A stretch of DNA of 64,000 nucleotides from Cyanophora paradoxa CCMP329. Taxonomy: Eukaryota; Plantae; Glaucophyta. The stretch is taken from assembly GCA_004431415.1 (NCBI GenBank), contig QPMI01000167.1:124001-188000 (forward strand), in the 5' to 3' direction. Positions 33,758 through 44,567 of the stretch are shown here, piece after piece; the first letter of the stretch is position 1, and every line of letters starts with the position of its first letter. Made by a program: the position numbers and the translations under genes. Under the pieces are notes generated by a model. It searched no databases and was not told the origin of the DNA. It worked only from the letters and a program-made list of their open reading frames with translations.

Positions 33758-34667
33758 CTAGGGCGCGGGCTGCAGGGAGAAGAGGGGGGCAGGAGCCGGG
33801 AGCGGGGGCAGGCCGGCGACGCGCGCGAAGTGGATCCCTGCTCGAGGGCGTGAGGGGCCGGGGCGGGGCCGGCGGGCGGGCGGGAACGGGGCGCGCCGAG
33901 GGCAAAGGCGTATATGATGGCCTCGACGGCGGCGCCGCGGGAGCGCTGCAGCGCATGCAGCGCCTCCAGGAGGCCCGCCAGCGGGGCCACCACCACCTCG
34001 ATGTGCTCGCCGTCGTCGAGGCAGGGCGCCCCGGGCTCCGCCTCTGCCTCTACCAGCAGCAGCCGGCAGCTCGCGTTCGTCAGCCCGGGGTCGTTCGTGA
34101 TGGTGGGCCCCTCGAAGAGCGCCCGCGAGGCCCGGAAGCCCGTCTCCTCCCGCAGCTCCCGCATGCCCGCCGCCTCCACGGACTCAGCCGGGTCCACGAG
34201 TCCAGCCGGGAACTGCGCAGCAGAGTGCATTAAATGCCATCGATATATAACACTGGCAAACCAGTACTAGCTGAACGCATACGCAAGAGCTAGCTGCGAT
34301 AAGCCTGCGGCCAACGCAGTACACTCACCTCTATGGAGAGGGCGTTAATGGGCGGCCTGTACTGAATAACAAGCACTGTGCTGAGGCCCCCCTGCGCGTC
34401 GCGGATCTGCGGACCGCATGCTCACCGCCCGGCGCCCCAACACCCGCACAGCTAATCATGAAAGCTTGCCAGAGGCACTACATTGACGCCATCAGTGTCG
34501 CTGCTGCGCGTCGTGCGCTCGCATGTCTCCCATAAGCGCTCGACGCCGGCGCTGTCTCGATACCTCAGCCGCTTCAACCGCAGCCACTGCGCGGTGTGTA
34601 GCTCCTCTCCTGATAGCACGCAAGGCGCCGCGGCCAAGGGCTGCTCGCAGGCGCCGATGGCGTTCAT
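33758..34667 (-). CDS. Nudix hydrolase, ADP-sugar pyrophosphatase (NUDT5-like)
   Basis: WLRLKRLRYRD..RLWETCERTTR..DGV; QYRPPINALSIE|FPAGLVDPAESVEAAGMRELREETG (Nudix box); DPGLTNAS; LDDGEHIEV. Confidence 0.9.
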
Positions 34668-34775
34668 CGACGGTCTTGTACCCCTTTGCAGCCTGCCCTG
34701 GCTGCCCGGGCTGCCCCGGCTGCCCGTGCTGCCCCCAGCCGACGGCGAAGCTCGTGCTCGTGGTCGAGGCCGCGG

Positions 34776-36148
34776 ATGTTCGTCGGCCCATTTGCTGCTG
34801 GTTTCAGGGTTCCTTGCGCGACCTTCTGCCACCGAATTCTTGCAACTCGGTCGACGAGCAGCCGGGCCTGCAGCGCCCCCCGCCGCACGAGCGGCAAGAT
34901 TTTTGAGGCCACCCGCACCGTCAGGCACATGGCGTCGTCCCGCTCCTGGACCGAGGCGCCGGTCGTCGACGGCGTGCTCCGGCCCCGCGAGCTCAGCACC
35001 GCATCTGGCGCGACGGGGTGCGCCAAATGCGCATCAAAAAGGCTCGGCGTGAGCAGACCGCGCGTTCAGGGCGCAGGCGTCGGCGCAGTTCGGGCCGCTG
35101 GTGTCGACAGAGTGGCTCGCCGAGCACCTGCGGAACCCGGACGTGCGCGTCGTTGACGGCTCGTGGCACCTGCCGAAGCGCGACGCACGGCCCGATTACC
35201 TCGCCGCGCGCATTCCTGGGTGCGCCGCGCGGGAGACGCCTGGGCGCGGGGCCGCGACGCCGCCCGAATGGGGCGGCAGAGCGGTGTTCGTGGACATTGA
35301 CGAGGTGGCGGACAAGGGGACGGACCTTCCGCACATGCTGCCCTCGCCCGAGGAGTTCGCGGCGCGCATGGGCGCCCTCGGCATCCGCCGCACGGACCGC
35401 GTCGTTGTGTACGACACGACCGGCCTCTTCAGCGCGCCGCGCGTCTTCTGGACCTTCAAGGTATTTGGCGCCGCCTCCGTTGCTATCCTCGACGGCGGCC
35501 TCCCCAAGTGGACCGCCGAGGGCCGCCCCACCGACTCCGGCGACCCCGCCACCCCCGAGGTAAGCCCGCCCCGCCCCGCCCCGCCGCGCGGTGTGAGCGC
35601 GGACAGGCGGCGGTCTACGAGGCGGCCTTCCGGCCCGAGCTGGTGAAGAGCATCGCGGAGGTCCGCCGCGCCCTCGAGACGGGCGAGGCTCAGGCGCGCC
35701 CCGCCCCGCCCCCCGCCGCCCCACTCCACCCCGTGCAGACCCCTGACGGGGGCGCAGGTAGTGGACGCGCGGAGCGCGGGGCGCTTCAGGGGAACGGAGC
35801 CGGAGCCGCGGGCGGGGCTGCGGGGCGGGCGCATGCCGGGGTCGCTGAACGTGCCCTTCGGGCTCCTCGTCGACCCCGCCACGAAGCGCTTCCGCCCCGC
35901 CGAGGAGCTCCGCCGCGTCTTCGAGGAGTCCGGCGTCGACCTCGCCCGCCCCGTGATCAACTCCTGCGGCGCGCCCCGCCTCGCCCCGCCCCCTGCGGCG
36001 GCCGGCCTGACGGGGCGCAGGGTCCGGGGTGACGGCGTCGGTGCTGTGGACGGCGCAGCAGCTGCTGGGGAAGGGCGACGCGGCGGTGTACGACGGCTCC
36101 TGGGCCGAGTGGGGCTCCCGCCACGACACCCCCGTCGTCAAGGACTAG
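34776..36148 (+). CDS. 3-mercaptopyruvate/thiosulfate sulfurtransferase (tandem rhodanese) with organellar leader
   Basis: [66 protein letters not shown]; [13 protein letters not shown]; active site SCGSGVTA; VYDGSWAEW. Confidence 0.92.
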
Positions 36149-36263
36149 CCCTCTGCCGGCCCCCCGCCCCGCACTCGCCCCGCCCCCGCGCTCGTTGCTG
36201 CATGACTGCTGAGAAAACCGTTGGACCGTCGGGCTTCGAATCCGTTTTAGAGGTTGGATTCCC

Positions 36264-36452
36264 AGGGCGTGAAGCCGGACCTGCGGCTGGTTGTGCATCG
36301 TGCAGGGTCCTCCTCCAACTTCCGAGTTCAATGGGTGACTTGGCGAGCAGCATCGATATCAGGCACTGGTACTCTGAGAAGCCTTGGAAGTACGACGGTC
36401 CGACGGTCCGGTCCACTAAAGCCTTGAAGATTGGTTTAGGCCATGGTAGGGA
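36264..36452. mobile_element. Degenerate dispersed repeat R2 (relic), related to 54412-54562
   Basis: gggcgtgaagccggacctg..tgcatc..gcagggtcctcctccaa and gtccacta..attggt..ggcc(a/g)tggtaggg are shared between the two loci. Confidence 0.6.
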
Positions 36453-36928
36453 GTACACTCTAGATCTGGCACTAGCACACGACCGTCGGACTACCGCAGT
36501 ACTGACACAGGGCCCGGGGAGTCGGCGGGGACACGCACTGCGGCAGCCTGGCAGGGGAACTTGACTCAGTGAAACTTGAAAGCCGGAAAAAGAGTCTGGA
36601 AGCCTCCGAGGCTCTCTAGAGCTGCAGCTGAAAGATTCTGACACTAGTACTGAGTCTAAGTCTCAAACTTTGAAATTTAAAGCCTCTCTGAAAGATCTTA
36701 AGAGTCTAGATCTGACCGTCGGACGTCGACACAGGTGTAGATGAAACTTATAATTAAGCTTGAAATCAAAGTCCAATTGCAAACCACGCCCATCCTAGGC
36801 CTATAAGCTAATATTTTACTCGTTGTAATCGTAATCGAGGTAGATGGCGCCTTGCGCATACGGCAGGTTGAAGAGCAGCGACGCCCGCTGGATGATTCGC
36901 TTCGTGGCGTGGGAACGAGTGCGAGGCA

Positions 36929-38963
36929 TCACTGTGGGAGCTGGCCGTCGCCTTGCGCAAGCCAGTGGATGGCGAGGGAGGCGTGGAGGGCGGCGCCGAG
37001 GGGGAGCACGGCGTCGTTGAAGGTGAAGGAGGGGGAGTGGAGGTCGCCGCCGCCCCGCCCCTGCCCCAGGAACGCGAACGCCGAGCGCGCAACGCCCCCG
37101 TAGAACGCGAAGCTGCCGCCCCGTCACGCCCCGCCCCGCCCGCCCCGCCCCGGCCGGCGCACTCTTCCGCCGCCATCGTCCCGTGCGCCAGCTGCGCCCC
37201 CGTCAGCAGCCCGGCGAGCCCGAGCGGGGAGGGGCGCGGAGACGCACTTCTCGCCAGGCGGCCGGCGGGCCGGCTGTTGGGGCCTCCTGGGGGGCGGTGA
37301 GGGCCGGCGGGCGCCGCCGAAAGGCGGGGCGCACGGAGTTTGAGGTGGAAGCGAGGGCGTGGGCGGCGTGGCGGAGGGCGGCGAAGGCGGCGGGGTCGTT
37401 GACGAGGGGCGGGTAGGGCGTGCTCGGCACGCTGAACTCGGCGCTGCAGTTGTGCGCCGCGGCCGCCGCCTCGATCGTCTCGCGCACCTGCGCCCCGCTC
37501 GCGGCGGCGTGGCGGGGCCCGGCGGCGGGGGGCGGGGGGCGGGCCTGGAGGAGGAGGGCGGCGTGGGCGTCTGCGGAGAGGGCGCGGACGGTGCCGCCGA
37601 GGCGGGCCTGCTCGGGGATGACGTTCAGGCCGCTCCCCGTCCCCGCCTCCAGCAGCGTCACCGAGACCACCGCCGACTCGAACGGGCTGGGCCCCCTCAG
37701 CACCCCGCCCCGCCTCTGCGGCGCCCCGCGGCGCACCTCGTGCGGCGGGCGACGAGCTGCGGGGGGGGAGTCGGTTACGGCATCCGGAGCGGGGCGGGGG
37801 CGGGGGCGGGGCGGACGGTCTGGAGGGCGAGGACGGCGCTGGCGGCTGCGGGGACGGGGTCGACGGCGAGGTGCGGCATCGCCGCGTGGCCCCCGCGGCC
37901 CCGGATCGTCGCCACGAAGCGCCCCGACGCCGCCATCTACGCGCGCCCGTCCCACCCGTCCTCCACCCGCCCTAGGCCCGCCCCCGCCGTCGCGCCCTCG
38001 TGCGCACCAGCGGCCCTGCCACGCTCCCCACCAGCCCCACCGGAAGCTGCGGCCCGGCAGTCAGCCCGGTCTCCCGGGGCGGGGGCGGTCGGTTTACATC
38101 GGGCCAAGTGTGAAGACCGAACACGGCTTCGGAGGGCGCGAGGTCGCTGGGGCCGGCGCGCAGGGCACCCTCGTTGCACATGCGGAGGGCGCCGGCGCCG
38201 CCCTCCTCCTGCGCGCGCCTCAGGTGGCATCCACCCGCTCCAAAATCGACGACCTTAGTTTGCGTACGGCGGGCTGGAAGAGGAGCCTGGGGAGCGCCGT
38301 GTGAGCGGCCCGGCGGTGGAGCGGTGCGGGTGTGGCGGTGCCGGGCGGGGCCGGCGTCGGACCTGACGGTGCCGTTCAGAACGGCCTCCCGCGCCTTCAG
38401 CAGCCGCGCCGCCCCGAGCAGCATCGCCACGTGCCCTGCCGCCGCCCCCGTAAGCCTTGAAGCCCGGCCGCTAGCGGCCGGCCGGCACCGTCGTGCCCGC
38501 AAGCGTGCATGCGTCCGCCTATCTCGCTGCGGAACGGAGACTCGACCGCCTCTTGGATCGGCAAAGCGTCCATGTCGGCACGGAGAGCCACAGAGCGCGG
38601 CCCGCGCCCCATCCAGGCCACGACACCAGTGTCGGCCTGTGACAGCCGTCGGCGCCAGCGCTAGCGCGTATAGTAGGTTGGCAGCGCTAGCGCCCGGCGT
38701 ACGATAGGGTGATGGAAAGGGATCTGCAGCTCAGAGAGCACCTCTCGCACGAACGCCGACGTCTCGAATTCTTTGTAAGCGAGCTCCGGACGCCTGTGGA
38801 TGCGCTGTCTAATAGCTCGCATCCATTCGACCGCGCCCCGCGCCTCCACAAGGAGTTCGCCGGCTGGATCAGAAACTGTTGCTCCCAGCTGCAGGCCGGC
38901 AAGCGGCCCTTCAGAGGCCAGCGCGCACGCGCAGCACGCCATCAGGACCCACGCGCGCAGCAT
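36929..38963 (-). CDS. Peptidase M20D amidohydrolase (IAA-amino acid hydrolase ILR1-like) with signal-peptide-like N-terminus
   Basis: [86 protein letters not shown]. Confidence 0.93.
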
Positions 38964-39118
38964 GTTCACAGACTGCACGAAGCCTCCTACGCGCCCGAGC
39001 GATGAATCCCCAGGGCCAGGGCCGAAGGTTCGTGTACCCCCAAATCCAAACTACCTCTACTCCCAGCAACGCGACCGCCCACCGCCTCGCCTTCGCCGCA
39101 GCGCAGAAGCAAGGCGTA

Positions 39119-39907
39119 ATGCACAGCGCAGTGCTAAAGCGACTGGCTCCAGCCGCGCGGCGCTCTTCGGCGGTTCAGCGGCGGATCGCGGAGCGCGTCT
39201 TGAGCGCAGCGGCGAACGAGTGCTCGTCAAGCACGTCGGCAGCGACGCCGCGGATGCTGGCGGACTGGCGCTTGCCACATATCGTTGCTTCGCGTCACAG
39301 CGCGGTGTTGGCGAGGAATGCGCACTCCAAGCCGTCCGTGCTCAAGCCGCGGAGCGGGCCCCCGCCTCTGGAGTGAGTCACTCACACTTTGTACTCACCG
39401 GCGCCCGGGCTCACGCGGTCTGCTGCAGCGCGGAAGGCCTGCTGGACGAGCACGTCTATCATGAGGCGGCGGACGCGCAGATGGATCGGTTGCACGACTG
39501 GTTGGAACCCATATGCGAGGCCGAGGAGGAGGAGGATTTTGATCTTGAGCTCAGCGTTCGCTCCCTGGCGCGTGCTGCGGTCGCTTGAACTCTCTGAGGG
39601 CCAGCCGCGCAGATGGGCGTGCTGACCCTCAAGCTCGGGAGACATGGCACGTACGTGATCAATAAGCAAGCCCCCAATCGCCAGATCTGGTTTTCCTCGC
39701 CCTTGAGGTCCGCTGCTCTTGCGCATGCACGGGCTCCACAGATCGGTGCCTGACCAGCTCGTGCGTCACAGCGGGCCGGGTCGGTACAATCTGGATTACG
39801 CTGGAGGCCTGTGGCGGAGCAATCGTGATACCAGGTCTCTCGAGGGCGTGCTAAGCGCCGAGCTCTCCAAGATGCTCGGCAGGCCAATACCCCCTCCCGT
39901 GAGCTAG
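39119..39907 (+). CDS. FXN: Frataxin (mitochondrial)
   Basis: R/S-rich presequence; [12 protein letters not shown]; [33 protein letters not shown]. Confidence 0.95.
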
Positions 39908-40038
39908 GCTCCGCTAGCCCCAGACTCCCCAGTTAAGCTGAGATCTCGCAGCCAAACGTTTGCTCGAAACATTTACTTGTCGGTATTACAATCGCATGCG
40001 GCAAGCTTGAGAGCTTGTACTTGTACGGCGGCGGGCCG

Positions 40039-42156
40039 ATGGGCTCATTTGCGCCCTCCTGCAGCTGGCCATGGCACGGGGCGCCGGCCGGCCTTTCAGC
40101 CGCAACTGCGCACAGCAGATTCAACATCTTACCCTCGACCGCGGATCTTGCTCCGGCAGCCCGGCCGCGGTGCACGTGCACAATGGTCAAGGCCGGCGCT
40201 CGCATCAAGCACGGGCGCTGGTTCGGCTGCCCTATGCAGTTTCGTTCAAGGCCGGCTCTCAGCTACGCGGCCAAGTCAGGCTCAGCTGCAGTTTGCGAAC
40301 CGCGCGCATGCGCGGAGGAGCTCGAGGACGCCGCTAGCGCTGCCGAGTTTGTCGCGCTCACGCGGCGGGAGCTGGAGCGCGAGGCAGCGCCGGCTTCTGC
40401 GCCGTCGAATGTCCTCGCCGCCCTCTTCTTGCCCGTGCGCCCCCGTGCAGGCTCCCGATGGACGAAAGTTGGACGAAAGTTGGACGAAAGTTGGACGAAA
40501 GTTGGACGAAAGCTGACGTCCCCGATGGCAGATTGGCTACCCGCAGTCTGTGCCCGAAGGCTACATGGCATGGACATTCTGGCAGGCACTCCGAACCGTT
40601 TTTTTACAGTGCGCGCCCACCGGCCGCGCGCGGCCCCCGCCGCTTCGATCGCACTCCGGGTCCTGCTTAAGCTTCAATTGCAAGACAGCCTGTGACTTCC
40701 CGGCCGGCCCAGGACGTGCAGCGTGATTAGCACTGAAGCGCTGCTCCTGTCGGTCGGCCTTAGCGCCTCTTCCGCTCTCCCGCTTTCAGCAATTTGGAAC
40801 TGGGTCCGCGATCCGTATCCCCGCCCAAATCGATATCTCGAGCTCCGAAAAGCTCTTAAGAGAGACCGGTGCGATGGCGCGCAGGTTCTGAAGGACGGGC
40901 TCGGGTACTTGTTGAAGCTGCTCTTCGGCTCGCGTTTCGCGCCCTCTTTCGACCGGGAGCCGAAGCGCTGGCGGGTGGCATGCGACGCGGTCATGGTGAC
41001 CGGCGGCCTGCTGGAGGTGTCGACGGCGCTCTTCCCCGCGCAGTTCCTCATCCTCGCGGCCCTCGGAAACGGTGCGCGCCATGCCCCTGCCGGAAGCGCC
41101 GTGCAAACGGGGCGCCGGCAGCGGTCAAGGCCTGCGCCGACGCTGCGACGGTGCGGGGCGCACGCCTGCGGGGACCGTGGGGCTGGGGCGGGCGCTGAGG
41201 GGGGGGCAGGGGGCGAGCTACCGGGTGTTCCTGAACTCGTTCGCGGAGGGCGCTGGGAACATCGGGGACGTCTCGGCGAAGAGCGAGTCGCAGATTGTCG
41301 CCGCCAACGTCCTCGGCGCGCGCCCCGCCCGTCCTGGCTCCTCCCTGCCCCGCCCCGGCGTGACCGGTCCCCGCAGGCCTCGCCCTCGGCGTCGGGCTCT
41401 CGGCGGCTTTGGGGACGGAGGGGGGCGGGGCGCGGCTGGCGGCGGCGTACGTCGGCCTCGCGGTCGCGCACGTGGTCTTCACCGCGCGCGCCGCCTACGC
41501 CGTCCTCCTCCCCACCCTCAACTATCAGCGGCTTGCCACCCTCCTCGCCGCCGCCTCCACCGGCGCCCCGCTCCCCTCCCCCGCCGCCGTCAACCGCGCC
41601 GAGCGCTTCTGGCCGGGCGCCGGCCCGCACCTCGTCGTACCGGGCGGGGCGGGCGGGGCGTGGGGGCGGCGGGGCGGGGCGATGATCGTGCTGGGGGCGC
41701 CCGTGGGGTCGGTGCTGGCGGCGGGCCCCGGCGGCCTCGTGCGGCTCTACGCCGACGAGCGCTACCTGCTCGCCCTGGAGCCGGCGGCGGGGCGGGCGGG
41801 GGGCGGGGGCGGGCGGGGCGCGCGCCCTCGTCGCGCTTCGCGAGGACGCCGGCGAGGGCGACCTCCTCCAGGCCCTCGCCCAGGCACACCGCCTGCTCGC
41901 CCAGCCCGCCCCCCGCGAGCCCCCGCCCGGCCACGACCCTCTCCTGCCCCTCCGCCAGAGCCTCCGCTGGGCCCGCGCCGCAGCTCCCGCAGTTGTCCGC
42001 GAGGCTGCCGCCGCCGGCTGGCGCACGACTCCCCTCCTCCTGCCCCCGGCCCACCACCTCTACCGCCGCATCCCGGGCCCGGCGGCTCCGGGCGGCCATA
42101 GCGAGACGTCGACATCATCAGACGTCGACTCTTCAGCTTCGTGCAAAAGCGACTGA
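40039..42156 (+). CDS. ROOT UVB SENSITIVE (RUS/DUF647) family protein
   Basis: FLP|IGYPQSVPEGY..W; VISTEALLLSVGL; WNWVLKDGLGYLLKLLF..FDREPKRWR; NSFAE..NIGDVSAKSESQ; LPTLNYQR. The 3' end is approximate because of homopolymer slips. Confidence 0.88.
40460..40512. repeat. Intronic 11-bp minisatellite (GGACGAAAGTT) x ~5
   Basis: Read directly; a shorter reverse-complement copy sits at 59258-59275. Confidence 0.9.
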
Positions 42157-42423
42157 CATGTTACTAATGTCGAGCATCACTCGTGACTGAAATCAGCAAA
42201 GCAAACGGTGCAGCGAAAAAGCGAGGAGCGTTGATATCTACCGCTGAAGCGAAATGAGAACTGTAGCAGAAGCTGTGGAAAAAGGGAAATAAAAGGTCTG
42301 AGCCGTTGAGAGGCCATTTTCAAAGAAGGGGTGCGCCACGGTGCGGACGGCGACGGGAGACGGCGGCTGGGCACGACAAGGCGAGGAGAACGGAGGGGAA
42401 CGGGGCGGGGGCGGGGCGGGCGG

Positions 42424-44254
42424 TCAGCACTCGGGGGAGAAGGAGTCGCGGCGGCCCTCGAGGCGGGCGAGGGTGCGCCGGCTTTGCCGCGTCGCGTAGT
42501 GCTCCGCCCCCAGCCGCTCCCGCCGGATCGCCACCGCCCGCTGCCGCCCGTCACGCGCCGCGGCGGGCAAAGGCGAAGGGCGGGGGCGGGGCACCTGGGC
42601 GGCGGCGCGGGCGGCGGGGCGCTCGGAGTCGGGGAGGGCGAGGGCGAGGGCCTCGAGGGCCTCCGCGAGGAGCGGGTGCCCGCCCCCGAGCGCCGTCTCC
42701 CGCACCGCGCACGCCCGCTCCGCCAGCTGCCCCGCCCGCCCCGCCTCCCCCGCCACCCGCGCCAGCGCCCCTCCACCAGCAGCGCCTCCGCCGTCTCCCC
42801 GCCCGCCCCGCCCCGCCGCCAGCTGCTCCCCAGTCGGCGGCGGGGCGGCGGGGCGGGGCGGGGCGGGCGGGGCGGGACCTCGAGGAGGGGCCGGGCCCTG
42901 GCGGCGTCCCCGCGGGCGGCGAAGTGGAGGGCGAGGGCGAAGAGGGTGCCCGGGGGCGGGGGCGGCCTGCCCCCCGCGCGCCCCCGCTCCACGATCTCGA
43001 GCGCGCGCTGCGGGGCCGTCAGCGGGGGCGGGGCGGGGCGGGGGCGGGGCGGGCCTTGAAGGAGCGGGCGGCGGCGTCGGGCTCGCCGGCGGCCTCGAAG
43101 AGGGCCCCCAGGCCGCCCAGCGCCTCCGCCACCGCTGCGTCGTGCGGCCCGCGCCGCACCGACGCCGCCTCCAGCGCCCGCTGGTACAGCTCCCGCGCCC
43201 GCCCCAGCTCCCCCTGCCGCCCCTCGCGCCCCGCCGCCGCCGCGGCGCCGCGGGGCGCGGGGGCGCGGACCTGGAGGAGGCGGAGGCGGGCGAGGGCCAT
43301 GCGGGCGGCGAGGGGGCCGTCGGGGGCGGCCGCGGGGCCCCCTCCCGAGCTCCAGCGCCTCCTCCAGCAGCTCCGCCGCCGCCCCGTACTCGCCCCGCGC
43401 CTCCCGCTCCCCGCCGCCCGCCGCAGCGCCGCCCCGTCCTGCCGCAGCGCCAGCAGCTGCCCCCGCACGCTGCCCTCCCCACCGCGGGCCCGGCGCGGGG
43501 CCGCCGTCGCCGCCTAGGGCGGCGCGGGCCTTCGCCTGCGCGCGCGCGCCGATCTCGCCGGCGCGCTTGAAGGCGGCTCTGGCGGCCGCCTCGTCGCCCC
43601 CGGCGCGGAGGGCCTCGCCGAGCCCGGCGAGGGCCTCCGCGAGGAGGGGCGAGTGCGGCCCGCGGTGCTTCTGCGCGATCTCCATCGCCCGCTGGAACAT
43701 GAAGAGGCTCCGCTCGCGGCGCCCCTGCGCGGCGTAGAGCCTCGCGAGGTCGAGGGAGGCGGCCGCGAGGCTGTCGTGCTCCTGCCCGAGGGCAGCCTGG
43801 TCGACCTCCAGCGCCCTCTCCAGCAGATCTACCGCCTGCGCGAACTCGCCCCTCTCCACGCACGCCTCCGCCGCCGCTGCAGCCCCCGCGCTCTCGACGC
43901 CACGCGCGCGCGCGAGCTCGAGCGCTGAGCGAGCCGCGCCGCACCTCGGAGGCTCGTCGTGTCTTTCCTGAGGCCGCGCAGCCTACTTCGAATACTGCCG
44001 TTGCTTCCGACGGAGCCGTGTGAGCCGTCCGACTCTGGCAATCAGGCGCAAGATCAGGCGCGCGCGTCCTCACGCGTCACGCTCAGAGCTGGCGGCTCGA
44101 GTTCGCTCGACGCACCCGATGGCGGCTCGAGTTCACCCGCAAATGTCCGCGACTCCTGACTCCCTTCGGATAGGGAAGGGCAGGGCTTCGATTGGAAGTC
44201 CTGGCCGGTAGAAAAGCGCTTGCGGTTTGCGGTCTTGCTGCCGGATGTTCCCAT
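42424..44254 (-). CDS. TPR-repeat protein (kinesin light chain/NPHP3-type repeats) with possible N-myristoylation motif
   Basis: Repeats such as AVDLLERALEVDQAALGQEHDSLAAASLDLARLY, ALEAASVRRGPHDAAVAEALGGLG and AVAIRRERLGAEH; candidate start MGTSGSK. Confidence 0.75.
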
Positions 44255-44567
44255 TCCAGGCAGCTGCAGAATCAGCTGTGCCAGCCAGCCCGCTGTGCAG
44301 GCCGTGCGCCGCCGATTGCAGTTACGATCCAGGAGCTCAATTGAAGGTGATACAGCACAACCGAACACGATACTCCGCCCAGGGGACTCTCGCCTCGTCG
44401 CTTTCTGAGAAGTCGCGCCCCTTTTTTTCTGAATCGCATCTACCCCCCTCGAACCAGCGAGTCGCAGCGACTCTGGCAGCGGCAGCGGCAGCGACTCTGG
44501 CAGCGAGTCAGCAGCGTGTCAGCAGCGACGTCCAGCGTGCAGTGCCGGTCCAGCGGTCCGGGCAGCC

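Noticed and set aside
34776-39907. Sulfurtransferase near frataxin as an Fe-S/sulfur gene cluster
   Set aside because: Separated by an unrelated gene and repeat relics; no evidence of co-regulation.
40460-40520. GGACGAAA plus CTGA resembling a hammerhead ribozyme core
   Set aside because: The order is wrong, there is no CTGAnGA core and no supporting stems; ctgac is better read as the branch point.
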